Shown: positions 28,474 through 38,495 of the stretch, one piece after another | Layout of the letters: each line of letters begins with the position of its first letter | Numbering within the stretch: position 1 is the first letter of the stretch | Source of the DNA: Candidatus Aminicenantes bacterium | GTDB lineage: Bacteria > Acidobacteriota > Aminicenantia > Aminicenantales > CALLJL01 | Direction of reading: 5' to 3' | Length of the DNA stretch: 64,000 nt | Assembly (NCBI GenBank): GCA_037441905.1 | Contig: JBBIRF010000006.1 | Span: 18,675 to 82,674, forward strand | The notes under the pieces: generated by a model | Databases searched by the model: none | The model's input: the letters and a program-made list of their open reading frames with translations, nothing else | What the model was told of the DNA's origin: nothing | Position numbers and translations under genes: made by a program

Positions 28474-29286
28474 TCAATTGTTCGAAGCTTTCGCCTGATA
28501 ATAAAACGGCGCCGGAAGCCGGTACTCCGGGACGCCAAGGTTGAGGGCAATTTCCCTGAGCTTCATCTGGATAGCGGCTACGTTATCCGGCCCCATTCGC
28601 AGCAAGTGCTTCTGGGCCTCGCTCAATTCTTCGAGGACAGGGTCAACGATAGTGTAGTTAACCACGGCTCGCTCGACGAAAATTTCATTCTCGACGATGG
28701 GCGTTCGGAGAAGCTCGAGAATAGCCCGGACGAGCGTATCCTCAAAATCAGCCGTCGGATAGCCCAATTCCCGATAGGCTTCTTGAAAGAGTGGCTTCAG
28801 GCTGCGAAAAAGGCTGACACATCCCTTGGTATCGAGGCTGATAAAAACATCGACCACGGGGTCATAACGCCGATAACTGGCCGGGTTAATAACGAAGCGC
28901 TCGCCTCGCTTAGTTACCTGAAAAGGGCCACGCGGGCTAAAAAAGTCAACTTGCCGCCGTGGGCTCTGACCGTTAGCGATATTGTCAACGGCGGCGGCGA
29001 ACTTACGAACGATGTTCTTGGTTTTTAGCCAGGCGGCCAGGCGGGGGTGGGTGGAGATTTCCTTGGTAACTGTCCTGATATAATCATCGCTCAGTTCCAT
29101 GCTTACCGGAGCGACAACCTCAGGCTTAGCCTCCTCCTCGACTTCAGCTGCCTTTTCTTCAACTTTGGCCGCAGGCTCTTCAACCGGTGCCTTTTTTTTG
29201 GTCAGAAAGAAATAGCCGCCAACCGCAACCGCCAGGACGAGGAGGATGATTAAGGCATAACGGCCAACTTTTGTCGTCTCTTCCAT
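28474..29286 (-). CDS. DUF3014-like protein
   Basis: N-terminal TM anchor, RKFAAAVDNIA, NPASYRRYDP, FQEAYRELGYP, QKHLLRMGPDN. Confidence 0.8.
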   Translation of the reverse strand: MEETTKVGRYALIILLVLAVAVGGYFFLTKKKAPVEEPAAKVEEKAAEVEEEAKPEVVAPVSMELSDDYIRTVTKEISTHPRLAAWLKTKNIVRKFAAAVDNIANGQSPRRQVDFFSPRGPFQVTKRGERFVINPASYRRYDPVVDVFISLDTKGCVSLFRSLKPLFQEAYRELGYPTADFEDTLVRAILELLRTPIVENEIFVERAVVNYTIVDPVLEELSEAQKHLLRMGPDNVAAIQMKLREIALNLGVPEYRLPAPFYYQAKASNN

Positions 29287-29295
29287 GTCACCCCC

Positions 29296-30096
29296 TTATT
29301 CTATTTTTTTGAGCCTTATGTTTCCTTTAACGGCGGTAAGACTGACCCTCGCTTTGCCTTCGCCGAGGCGAAAATCAAGCTCGCTTCCCGGCTCGCTTCC
29401 CGTAGGAAAATCGGAGGTAATTCGGCCGTCGGCCGTCCGCGCCTGGATTGTCGCCTGAGCCTGAGGCTCCAACCATAGTTCGATGTCGCCTTCTTGCGTC
29501 CGGAGGTTAACCTCATCCTCCTCTCTTAAGTCCAGAACCTCGGCCTCAATGTCGCCGCCCGCTAAAGATGCGTCGACCGACCCCGAAAAATTATTTATTC
29601 GCAGGCTCGCTTTTTCGGCTCGAATCACCAGCGCTCCATAAAGGTCGTGAACGAAAATATCGCCGTCGTTTATCCTGATTTGCCTGAGCTCAACCTTCCG
29701 GGGCACCCGCAGTTCAACTTTTACCGGAAAAATGGCCTCTTTTCCTTCTTCCACCCGGATATAGATTGAAGAATCCCTGGTTTCAACCTCAAGTCGGGGC
29801 AGCCCGCGTCTTGTCCCGAAAACAACCGCTCCCCGGGTGGAAAAAGGCAATCCCTGGGAGGCGATAACGCGGAGTTCCTCTTTTTCCTGTCCTTTGATTT
29901 CCAGCGAGACTTCGCGAACCTCGGCCAGGAAATCCACCCTCTCCCCGGGTTTAAGCGGGAAGGTCCGGTCGTAAAATATCTGGCCTGGCCAGGAGGCTCC
30001 TGCTTGAGGATAAGGCACGATAACTATGGCGCAGGAGCCACTGAAAAGAAAAGCCGCGGCAACTAAAAGAAAAAACCTAACCTGATTTTCGCGCAC
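29296..30096 (-). CDS. DUF4097-like beta-strand repeat lipoprotein
   Basis: Start moved to GTG 30096 (GGAGG SD); lipobox-like FSGSC; repeats such as GDIEAE, GDIEL, GRITSDF, GNIRL. Confidence 0.7.
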   Translation of the reverse strand: MRENQVRFFLLVAAAFLFSGSCAIVIVPYPQAGASWPGQIFYDRTFPLKPGERVDFLAEVREVSLEIKGQEKEELRVIASQGLPFSTRGAVVFGTRRGLPRLEVETRDSSIYIRVEEGKEAIFPVKVELRVPRKVELRQIRINDGDIFVHDLYGALVIRAEKASLRINNFSGSVDASLAGGDIEAEVLDLREEDEVNLRTQEGDIELWLEPQAQATIQARTADGRITSDFPTGSEPGSELDFRLGEGKARVSLTAVKGNIRLKKIE

Positions 30097-30443
30097 TCGC
30101 CTGCCTCCGCCATTGCCATTTATCTGATGATTTACTAACTTTAAGTATATATATCTCAAATTGAAGAAAAAGGCTACTTGGTAGGCGAGGAAACTTTTTT
30201 AGCCTAAATTCATGATAATCTTTATAATCTTTTTATAATCCTTCTATGCCGACCCCTTCAGCTAACTGTGGGAGAGCTTAAAAAAAATTCCGTCGACCAC
30301 GCAAGTTTCAACCAGTTTCTTAAGTTTTCCTTAAACGCGATAAGTTCTCCCCCCGGGAAGAGGGCAAGGTCCAAAACAGTTTTTTGTTGCTTTATCGCCG
30401 CCTCTCTCCCCTTATATTTTTTGGAAGGAGCTAAGCCAAGAAA

Positions 30444-31196
30444 TTAACCGTAACGTCCGGTGATATAATCTTCTGTCCGACGGTCAGCCGGCGCGGTGAA
30501 CATCTGTTGGGTCTCGCCAAACTCGACCAATTCGCCCAGCAAGAAATAGCCAGTCCAATCAGAAACCCGGGCCGCCTGCTGCATGTTATGAGTAACGATG
30601 ACGATTGTATACCTTTTCTTCAACTCAAACATCAGCTCCTCGATTTTAGCCGTGGCCACCGGGTCGAGTGCCGAGCACGGCTCGTCCATCAATAATACCT
30701 CAGGTTCAACCGCCAGCAGGCGGGCCAGGCAAAGCCTCTGTTGCTGTTCGAGCGACAAGCTGAGGGCATTCTGCCTCAGCCTGTCTTTAAGCTCCTCCCA
30801 GAGAGAGACAGCCTCGAGACTTTTTTGTAATCTTTCCTGGATTACTTGCCCGTCCGCAATTCCATGAACTCTCAACCCATAGGTTATGTTGGCCTCGATG
30901 CTCAAAGGGAAAGGGTTCGGCCTTTGAAATACCATCCCCACCCGTCGCCGCAGCTCGAGAAGGTCTGTTTCTTTTTGATAAATATCCTGACCATCAAAGA
31001 TAACCTGACCAATAACTCTGGCGTCCTCAACCAGGTCGTTCATCCGGTTAAGGGAACGCAAAAAAGTCGTTTTGCCACAACCAGAAGGCCCGATAAGAGC
31101 TGTGATCTTTTGTTTTTCGATGTCCATCGTCACGCTTTTCAGCGCCTGAAACTTGCCGTAAAAGACCGACAAATTCTTAACCTGGATGGCAACCAT
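30444..31196 (-). CDS. pstB: Phosphate ABC transporter ATPase PstB, copy 2 (degenerate signature LSLEQ)
   Basis: [41 protein letters not shown]; signature LSLEQQQ. Confidence 0.95.
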   Translation of the reverse strand: MVAIQVKNLSVFYGKFQALKSVTMDIEKQKITALIGPSGCGKTTFLRSLNRMNDLVEDARVIGQVIFDGQDIYQKETDLLELRRRVGMVFQRPNPFPLSIEANITYGLRVHGIADGQVIQERLQKSLEAVSLWEELKDRLRQNALSLSLEQQQRLCLARLLAVEPEVLLMDEPCSALDPVATAKIEELMFELKKRYTIVIVTHNMQQAARVSDWTGYFLLGELVEFGETQQMFTAPADRRTEDYITGRYG

Positions 31197-31200
31197 CAGC

Positions 31201-31965
31201 TTACCCGAACCTTCCCGAAATATAATCGTTAGTTCTCTTGTCCTGAGGAGCCGTAAACAGCCTGTCAGTCCTGTCGATTTCGATTAGCTCGCCGGAGAGA
31301 AAAAAAGCGGTTCGGTCGGCCACGCGGGCGGCTTGCTTGGTGTTATTGGTCACGAGAATAATCGTGTAGTTCTTTTTCAGGGCCATCAGGGACTCCTCAA
31401 TCTTCATCGTCGAAACCGGGTCGAGACCCGAACAGGGTTCATCCAGAAGGATAAACTCGGGTTGCATAGCCAGCACCCGGGCGATGCACAGCCGTTGCTG
31501 TTGCCCCCCGGAAAGTTTAAGGGCGCTCGAATGGAGACGGTCCTTGACTTCTTCCCAGAGGGCCGTTTTCTGGAGAGAATCTACTACTCTGGATTCGACC
31601 AATTCTTTGTCTTTGATTCCGGCCATTCGGAGTCCAAAAGCTACGTTTTCGTAAATCGAGCGGGGAAGAGCCACTGGCAGGGCAAAAACCATCCCGAGCT
31701 TCCGCCTGAGTTCAACCACGTTAACCTCGGGGGAATAAATATTAACGCCGTCAACTTCAATCAAACCTTCGACCCTGTTCTCGGCCTCCTCTTCGTTCAA
31801 CCGGTTGAGGCAGCGTAAGAAAGTGGACTTGCCGCTTCCGGCCGGACCGATAATTCCGAGGATTTCATTTTTCATGACATCAAAACTAAGTTTTTTTAAA
31901 ACCTGGCGGCCACGGGTAAAGTAGCTAAAATCGCGTACTTTGATCACCACTTCCGGCAGGGCCAT
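31201..31965 (-). CDS. pstB: Phosphate ABC transporter ATPase PstB, copy 1 (His-switch replaced by Asn)
   Basis: True start MALPEVV at 31965 (ATGA overlap with pstA); [36 protein letters not shown]. Confidence 0.93.
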   Translation of the reverse strand: MALPEVVIKVRDFSYFTRGRQVLKKLSFDVMKNEILGIIGPAGSGKSTFLRCLNRLNEEEAENRVEGLIEVDGVNIYSPEVNVVELRRKLGMVFALPVALPRSIYENVAFGLRMAGIKDKELVESRVVDSLQKTALWEEVKDRLHSSALKLSGGQQQRLCIARVLAMQPEFILLDEPCSGLDPVSTMKIEESLMALKKNYTIILVTNNTKQAARVADRTAFFLSGELIEIDRTDRLFTAPQDKRTNDYISGRFG

Positions 31966-32807
31966 CAAGAGTACTTCCTTAAAAACCGATTCATTAAAGA
32001 ATAAGTTACCACGTTGATTAACAGGATGGAAATTATAAGCACCGCCGCTGTCCCGTAGGCCTGGCTCATCGAGATTCCTTCTCTGGCCAAAATGTAGAAA
32101 TGAACCGACATCGTCCGGGAAGAAGAAAAAAGCGAAGTCGGCAGCCGCAAGGCCGAGCCAGCCGTAAAGATGACAGCCGCGGTTTCCCCGATGCACCGGC
32201 CAATGCTCAGGATGATGCCGGTAGCAATCCCGGGCAAAGCCGCCGGGAGAACTACCCTGAAAACGGTCTGCCACTTTGTCCCGCCGAGAGACAGGCTCAC
32301 TTCGCGGTAAGCTTTGGGGACAAACCTGATCGCTTCCTCGCTCGTCCGGATAATCGTGGGTAAAACCATAAAAGTCAGGGTAAGCCCGCCACTCAGGATC
32401 GACCAACCCATTTTCATCTTGGTTACAAACAGAATAAACCCGAAAAGCCCGAAAATAATCGAAGGGATCCCGGCTAAGCATTCCGACCCAAACCGGATTA
32501 TCCGGGTGAGCCTGCCTTCAGTGGTGTATTCAGTTAAGAAAATGGCCGTCCCCACACCGATGGGCGTGGCAATGATAATGGCTAATAGGGTTAAAGCAAC
32601 AGTCCCGATTATAGTCGGAAAAATTCCCCCTTCCTTCCCCATCTCCACGGGGTTGCGGGTTAAAAAATCCCAGCTGAGTACGGGCAAGCCATGTTTGAGA
32701 ATAAAAGCAACAATAAAAGCCAGAAGGCAAACGCTCAGGATTGTAATGAACAAGAAAATTGTCCGGACAACCTTTTCTTCCTTGCGGGGAGCGAGCCAGC
32801 TTCTCAT
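31965..32807 (-). CDS. pstA: Phosphate ABC transporter permease PstA
   Basis: GGIFPTIIGT, LAGIPSIIFGLFG, LPTIIRTSEEA, GETAAVIFTAG. Confidence 0.96.
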   Translation of the reverse strand: MRSWLAPRKEEKVVRTIFLFITILSVCLLAFIVAFILKHGLPVLSWDFLTRNPVEMGKEGGIFPTIIGTVALTLLAIIIATPIGVGTAIFLTEYTTEGRLTRIIRFGSECLAGIPSIIFGLFGFILFVTKMKMGWSILSGGLTLTFMVLPTIIRTSEEAIRFVPKAYREVSLSLGGTKWQTVFRVVLPAALPGIATGIILSIGRCIGETAAVIFTAGSALRLPTSLFSSSRTMSVHFYILAREGISMSQAYGTAAVLIISILLINVVTYSLMNRFLRKYS

Positions 32808-33661
32808 GAGGACATTTTTCTCGAGGTTAGGTTAGCAATCGTGTTCAGAACCATGATGATGATGAAAAGAATCACGCCCGTGGCAAAAAGGGCCTGCCGG
32901 TGCTCGCCGCTCGCGTAGCCCATTTCGAGAGCAATGTTAGAAGTTAAAGTCCTCACCGGGTCGAGAATAGACCGGGGCAGGCTGGTGGCGTTACCGGCGA
33001 TCATGATTACGGCCATGGTTTCGCCCACGGCCCGACCCATCCCCAAAATGATGCTGGCGACGACCCCTGACCTGGCCGCGGGGAGCAGCACCAGGCGGAC
33101 GGTCTGCCATTGAGTCGCGCCCAAAGCAATCGAGCCCTCTCGGTAGGAAGGCGGCAATGCCATCAAAGAATCGATGGAAATACTCAAAATTGTCGGCAAA
33201 ATCATAATTCCCAGGATGACCGCAGCGGCCAGAACGGAAAGCCCCGGGCCGCCGAGATAAGTCCTGATCAAAGGAACGAGGATGACGACGCCAATAAAAC
33301 CATAAACCACTGAAGGGATGCCGGCCAATAATTCGATCAGCGGTTTGACCACGACTCTAACTTTTTTGGAAGTAAATTGGGTCAAATAAATGGCTCCGGC
33401 CAGACCAAGCGGCACGCCAACAAGCATTGCGCCGATGGTAACCAGGAGAGAACCGATGATCATCGGCAAAAGTCCAAAAGAACCTTCGGTCGGATACCAA
33501 TCAAGGTTGAACAAGAAATTTTTCAGCCCATGCCGGAACATGATGGGCAGGCCTTCGCTGAAAATAAATAGAGTGATCAGCCCGAGAACAGAAATTGCCG
33601 AAAAAGCAACGACGAGCAGGGATAAACGGATTAAACGTTCCTTCCCTTTTAATTTTCTCAT
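32804..33661 (-). CDS. pstC: Phosphate ABC transporter permease PstC
   Basis: FGLLPMIIGS, ELLAGIPSVVYG, GMGRAVGETMAV, HRQALFATG. Confidence 0.96.
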   Translation of the reverse strand: MRKLKGKERLIRLSLLVVAFSAISVLGLITLFIFSEGLPIMFRHGLKNFLFNLDWYPTEGSFGLLPMIIGSLLVTIGAMLVGVPLGLAGAIYLTQFTSKKVRVVVKPLIELLAGIPSVVYGFIGVVILVPLIRTYLGGPGLSVLAAAVILGIMILPTILSISIDSLMALPPSYREGSIALGATQWQTVRLVLLPAARSGVVASIILGMGRAVGETMAVIMIAGNATSLPRSILDPVRTLTSNIALEMGYASGEHRQALFATGVILFIIIMVLNTIANLTSRKMSS

Positions 33662-34536
33662 GCCCCTTCCTCTGGCGGCATCTTCTTTTCTTGATTGACT
33701 AAGCGGCCGGGAATCAACCCCTGTTTCGTAATAAGAGCCTGACCTTCTTCCGAGAGGACAAACTGGATAAAATCGGCGGCCAGTCCTTGGGGCGCTCCCG
33801 CCGTTAAAAGAAGAAAGGGCCTTATGAGTTTATACTTCCGGCTGATTACATTTTCTATCCTCGGCTCGACCCCGTCGAGGCGAACCGCCCTTACTCTTTC
33901 GTTTATCAGGCCAAGCGATATATAGCCAATTGCGTAAGGGTCATTGGCCACTACTTCGCGGACTGTCCCGTTTGAGTCCTCAACGATGGCTTTCTTAGCA
34001 ATTCTCGTCCGCCCCATCACCATCTCCTGAAAAGCGCCCCTTGTTCCTGAGCCTTCCTCTCGGGTGACGACATAAATCGGCCTATCCACCCAGCCCACCT
34101 GGCTCCAGGAGGTAATTACGCCGGCAAAAATCTCCCTGGTTGCTTCCAGAGTTAGGTTTCCCACCGGGTTGGTCGGATGAACGATAATAGCCACTCCGTC
34201 CCAGGCAACGACGAATTCAGTCAACACTTTTTCCTCCGGCTTTAGCTCGCGAGAACTCATCCCTATTTCGGCGGCTCCGGTTAACGCCGCCTGAATACCA
34301 GCGCTCGAGCCTCCCCCCTGAACATTGACTACCTTCCCTGGATTATGATGCATAAAGACTTCAGCCCATTGGTCAGCAAAAGGTTGAACACTCGTCGACC
34401 CGGCAACGGTGAGGCTTCCTTCTCTTGACCCCCGGGCGCAAGATAAAAGGCTTGTAAAAATCAAGCAAATTAAGATTACTAGCCCGCCAACCACCGCCTG
34501 CGGCAGACTAGAATTTCTTACACTCTTCTTTTCCAT
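33658..34536 (-). CDS. pstS: Phosphate-binding lipoprotein PstS
   Basis: Start moved to MEKKSVR (34536); lipobox LLSC; AGSTSVQP, GGGSSAG, REEGSGTRGAF. A TTGACA-N17-TATATC promoter candidate lies in the end of the upstream gene. Confidence 0.93.
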   Translation of the reverse strand: MEKKSVRNSSLPQAVVGGLVILICLIFTSLLSCARGSREGSLTVAGSTSVQPFADQWAEVFMHHNPGKVVNVQGGGSSAGIQAALTGAAEIGMSSRELKPEEKVLTEFVVAWDGVAIIVHPTNPVGNLTLEATREIFAGVITSWSQVGWVDRPIYVVTREEGSGTRGAFQEMVMGRTRIAKKAIVEDSNGTVREVVANDPYAIGYISLGLINERVRAVRLDGVEPRIENVISRKYKLIRPFLLLTAGAPQGLAADFIQFVLSEEGQALITKQGLIPGRLVNQEKKMPPEEGA

Positions 34537-34576
34537 GGGTTTTAGGCTAAAGATATATCCTACCAGCATAGAGGTG

Positions 34577-36472
34577 TCAATTTTGAGAATCATCTGCGGA
34601 CAATTCCTCTGGGCTGAGGCTTGATTCAAGCAAACTCAGCTTCGCCTCGAATTCTTGTTTTTTTGCCTCGTATTCCTTGAGCAGCCGGTCCATTTCTTCG
34701 AGCGAGGCATCAAGAGCTCGCTGGGCTGCCTGCCATTTTTTCGTCAGCTCGCCAACTTCCCGGCCTCTTCCCTCTTGAGAAGCCTGGATGATGGCCTCTT
34801 TGAGTCCCTGAGCCTCGCGGTCAAGTTCGCTGATTTGCTTTTCTAACCGTTCAAGCCTCTCTTCAACCGGCCGGAGGGCTGAAGCCCTGGCGGCTATAAG
34901 CAATGACCGCTGGCGGCGAAGCATTTTTTTTGAAGAGGTCGAACGCTGAGCCGGCTTCTGGGTGGAAACCGCTCCCTTCTCCTCCCTCTCTTCTTCCCAG
35001 CCGACCTTTTCCAAAAACCGGTTATAATCTCCTTCGTAAACAAAGACTCGGCCGCTTTCAAAGACCACAAGCCTCTCTGCCAGCGCCCGCAGAATCATTT
35101 CATTATGAGTCACCACCACCACGGCGCCGTCAAAATTGTCGAGGGCGGCAAGCAAGGCGTCGCACGACTCAAGGTCAAGATGGTTGGTCGGCTCATCCAG
35201 GAGAAGCAGGTTCACAGGCCGGACCAATATTTTCGCCAGCAACACGCGGCTCTTTTCGCCGCCCGAGAGCACGGCTATCTTTTTTAAGGCCGCCTCGCCC
35301 TCAAACATCATTAAACCGCAGATTTGCCTGGCTCGCTGGGGGTCAGCCTCAGGGTCGGCAGCCATTACTTCTTCGAGGACAGTCCGTTCAGGGTTGAGCT
35401 CGGCGATCCCTGACTGCTCATAAACCCCGACAGAAACTTTCGGGGGAAGAACCACTTCCCCTTTTTGCGGCCGCAAAATTCCAGCCATGAGCTTCAGAAG
35501 AGTCGTTTTTCCCTGGCCGTTTTTCCCGACAATGAAAACCCGGTCCTTGGCCCCTACGGTCAAGCTGAAGTTGGTGATAATCAGCTTATCACGTTGATAG
35601 CCAAAGCTTACGTCCTCCAGGCTTAGAACATACTTGCCGTGATAAGCCTCGCTCCGGAAAGAAAAATCCAGCGTGGCCAGCTTTTCTAATTTTTCCTTTT
35701 TTTCCATCTTGGCCAGGGTTTTAACCCTTGATTGAACCAGGTTGGCCAATCTTGCCTTAGCTCGAAAACGGCTGATAAATATTTCGATTTCCCGGCGTTT
35801 CCTTTCGTCGTTAATTCTTGTCTTCTCATAAGTCTCTTCCTCCAGAGCCACCTGCTGGTAGTATTTTTCCGTATTGCCCTTTATTTTTTTTACCTTCCGG
35901 CGGTGAATTCCTAAGATGTCGGTGACGACCGCATCCATGAAGCTCCGGTCGTGAGTAACCAGCATCAGCTCTCCTGGCCAGTCCACAAGATAACGGGTGA
36001 GCCAGCGAATAGAAGTGATATCAAGGTAATTATTAGGTTCGTCGAGAAGAAGAAGGTCGTACGGGGTAAGAAGGGCGCGGGCTAAGTTCAGCCGCACCTG
36101 AAACCCTCCTGAAAGCGCCGCGGGCGGCAAGGAAAAATCCTCTCGAGAGAAACCCAGCCCGGCCAGGACTTTTTCGACGCGCCACGTCTCGCCGGCGGCT
36201 TCACCCCGGAGTCCGCGGGCGGCCTCTTCCAGGACAGTTGGCGCCTCGAAGCGCGGCTCTTGTTCGACATAGCCGATAAGATATCTCTTGGGAATGATAA
36301 TTTTTCCCTCGTCTGGCTCCTCCAGGCCGGCGATTAAACGAAAAAGCGTTGATTTACCGTGGCCGTTGCGACCGACAACCCCGACTTTTTCATGGCGATT
36401 CACCTTGAAAGAAACCCCGGCAAAAAGCACCTGCTGGCCGTAGCTTTTCCAGAGGTTCTCGACAACGACCAT
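34577..36472 (-). CDS. ABC-F family ATPase (translation-associated)
   Basis: Two NBDs (GRNGHGKST/LSGG/LLLDEPNN and GKNGQGKTT/LSGGEK/LLLDEPTNHLD), inter-domain linker, C-terminal coiled coil, no TM. Confidence 0.95.
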   Translation of the reverse strand: MVVVENLWKSYGQQVLFAGVSFKVNRHEKVGVVGRNGHGKSTLFRLIAGLEEPDEGKIIIPKRYLIGYVEQEPRFEAPTVLEEAARGLRGEAAGETWRVEKVLAGLGFSREDFSLPPAALSGGFQVRLNLARALLTPYDLLLLDEPNNYLDITSIRWLTRYLVDWPGELMLVTHDRSFMDAVVTDILGIHRRKVKKIKGNTEKYYQQVALEEETYEKTRINDERKRREIEIFISRFRAKARLANLVQSRVKTLAKMEKKEKLEKLATLDFSFRSEAYHGKYVLSLEDVSFGYQRDKLIITNFSLTVGAKDRVFIVGKNGQGKTTLLKLMAGILRPQKGEVVLPPKVSVGVYEQSGIAELNPERTVLEEVMAADPEADPQRARQICGLMMFEGEAALKKIAVLSGGEKSRVLLAKILVRPVNLLLLDEPTNHLDLESCDALLAALDNFDGAVVVVTHNEMILRALAERLVVFESGRVFVYEGDYNRFLEKVGWEEEREEKGAVSTQKPAQRSTSSKKMLRRQRSLLIAARASALRPVEERLERLEKQISELDREAQGLKEAIIQASQEGRGREVGELTKKWQAAQRALDASLEEMDRLLKEYEAKKQEFEAKLSLLESSLSPEELSADDSQN

Positions 36473-36898
36473 TTTGCCTTTCTTTAAACCTCGAACGAGC
36501 TAAAAGGTTAGAAGAGAAATTATAGCGAAAAATTCAGGTCTCGTCGCCTGGAAGGAAAAACCCCCTGAAATTCAGCCATATGGGAACAACTCCGAAACTC
36601 GGCAGTTTAAGGCGAAAAAACTTGGCCAAACCCTCTGCTTGAAAAAACAAGCCGGAAAGGGATGAATCTCGCCTCGGGTCAGTTTGCTTCTAATAGCGCT
36701 TGCCATTTCACTTTCAGTTTCCCGAATCTTTGGGAAACGTCTAAACTTAGACGGCCAACCATCGTTGAGATTAACCAAGAAAACGATTATAATGAAAAAA
36801 ACAAATAGCAAGATACCAAGTCGGGTGAATCGCTTGCCTAATTATAATGATTTAATGATTATAGAAAACCAACGCCCATCTTTAGGGGAAAAAAATTA

Positions 36899-38167
36899 AT
36901 GAGACAAAAACTTAAATCAATTCTCGGCGTTTGTTTATTGGTGATTATAGCCGCTGGAGAACCGGTTGCCGCGAACCATCCAGCCGAAGGCCTGAAGGCG
37001 GCCTCAACCTTGCCAACCACCAAAGCGGCCGAAGAAAGGCTCGTTCCTCTCGCCGTCAGGGTCTACGATTCGGGTGAATTCGTGACTGACCTCAGCCTGG
37101 ATGATTTCGATGTCGCCGTTGAAGCAACTCTTCAGAAACCCGTTGGCTTGGTTCTAATCAACAAACAGACTGTCGAAAGACAGGAAGGAACCACGCCCGA
37201 AGCCCTCGACCTTTCCCGACGGATTATCATCTTGATGCAGATGATTGATTACCATCCGCAATTAGCCCAAGCCATCCAGGACCTCTTTGAAACGGAGCTG
37301 ATGCCCGGAGATATCCTTGAGCTCCAGACGCCGATGAAAAGTTATCGCCTGAACCCAAAAGCTTTAGAGAGAGCGCCCAAGCCTGAGCTCGTCCGGAACA
37401 CTCTCGAGTTAGTCCGCAAGGATATTCTCCAGGGAAACATGCTTTACAACAGCCTGCTGAATGAACTCAAGCGGTTTGTCCGCCGGATCGGCGGCGTCAA
37501 CCCGATGGCGGCGGAAGAGCTTGACGGCGTGAGCGAGGACCTCGGTCTACCGTTTCTTTTCCAGAGCTATCGAACTAACATGCAAAAACTCGAAGCTCTC
37601 CGCCGGATAGACGAACGCCGTTTAATCCAGTTCGCCGAAGCTCTGGAGACTCAGCCTGGCCAAAAATTCGTCTTCTTTGTTTACCAGAGGGAGTTCCTGC
37701 CGGAAATCAGTCCGATGAAAATGAACGAACTGATGACAATGTACCAGGATGAGCCGAACATTGTCGGCGACCTCCAGGAGCTGTTTCATCAGTTTCACCG
37801 CGAAACCTCTTTTGACCTGCCTGCCCTCGAGGCTTCCTACGCTTCCGCCAACGCCCAGGTAAATTTTTTGTTCCTGAACAAGGATGCGCCTAAAATTGCC
37901 GGCCTGGTGATGCGCGAAAGGTCGGAAGATGTTTTCAAGATAATGTCGAAAATCGCCCAGGCAACCGGCGGGGTCGTCGATGCTTCCCAGAACCCTGAGG
38001 CCTCGCTCCGGAAGGCTTTTTCCCAGGCCGAAAGATATTATCTCCTCTATCTCCAGCCGCAGCCAGACGGCTGGAAAAGAGGCTTCAACTCCGTGAGCGT
38101 CAAGACCAGGCGGCCAAACCTTACTGTTTTAACCCGGGCCGGGTTCTCGACGGCAGCTGCCTTTTAG
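36899..38167 (+). CDS. Exported VWA-like protein of the Acidobacteria type
   Basis: Signal peptide, VYDSGEFVTDLSLDDFDV, IAQATGG, YYLLY.QP, C-terminal R..VLTRAG; no clear DxSxS MIDAS. Confidence 0.6.
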   Translation: MRQKLKSILGVCLLVIIAAGEPVAANHPAEGLKAASTLPTTKAAEERLVPLAVRVYDSGEFVTDLSLDDFDVAVEATLQKPVGLVLINKQTVERQEGTTPEALDLSRRIIILMQMIDYHPQLAQAIQDLFETELMPGDILELQTPMKSYRLNPKALERAPKPELVRNTLELVRKDILQGNMLYNSLLNELKRFVRRIGGVNPMAAEELDGVSEDLGLPFLFQSYRTNMQKLEALRRIDERRLIQFAEALETQPGQKFVFFVYQREFLPEISPMKMNELMTMYQDEPNIVGDLQELFHQFHRETSFDLPALEASYASANAQVNFLFLNKDAPKIAGLVMRERSEDVFKIMSKIAQATGGVVDASQNPEASLRKAFSQAERYYLLYLQPQPDGWKRGFNSVSVKTRRPNLTVLTRAGFSTAAAF

Positions 38168-38416
38168 GTATCGCCATCGCGAAAATTTGGTTTCGTTTTT
38201 TCGAGGGAAAACCTCTGACTCATGTCCTCGGAGAGCTCCTTTAATCTTAGGGCTCGAAGTTTACCCCCGAAGCAAAAGTTGTATTCGAAGAAAGAATAGC
38301 CGCCTCGGGCTCAAAAAATGAGGGCAAGTTTTTTCTCGCTGGCAGCTCAACCTGTGTAAAAAAACGACCTTTTTCAATTGAGGGAAAAATCGAATTTCGC
38401 TATAATTTAGAGTCTG

Positions 38417-38491
38417 CGGGGAGTAGCGCAGCCTGGTTAGCGCACAGCGTTCGGGACGCTGGGGTCATGGGTTCGAATCCCATCTCCCCGA
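38417..38491 (+). tRNA. tRNA-Pro (CGG)
   Basis: Acceptor CGGGGAG/CTCCCCG, anticodon arm CAGCG-TTCGGGA-CGCTG, GGTTCGAATCC; CCA not encoded; TTGAGG-N17-TATAAT upstream. Confidence 0.97.
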
Positions 38492-38495
38492 TTTT

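Noticed and set aside
31201-32481. 426-aa ORF-track call for pstB
   Set aside because: The 5' extension is an off-frame overlap with pstA; the real start is ATG 31965.
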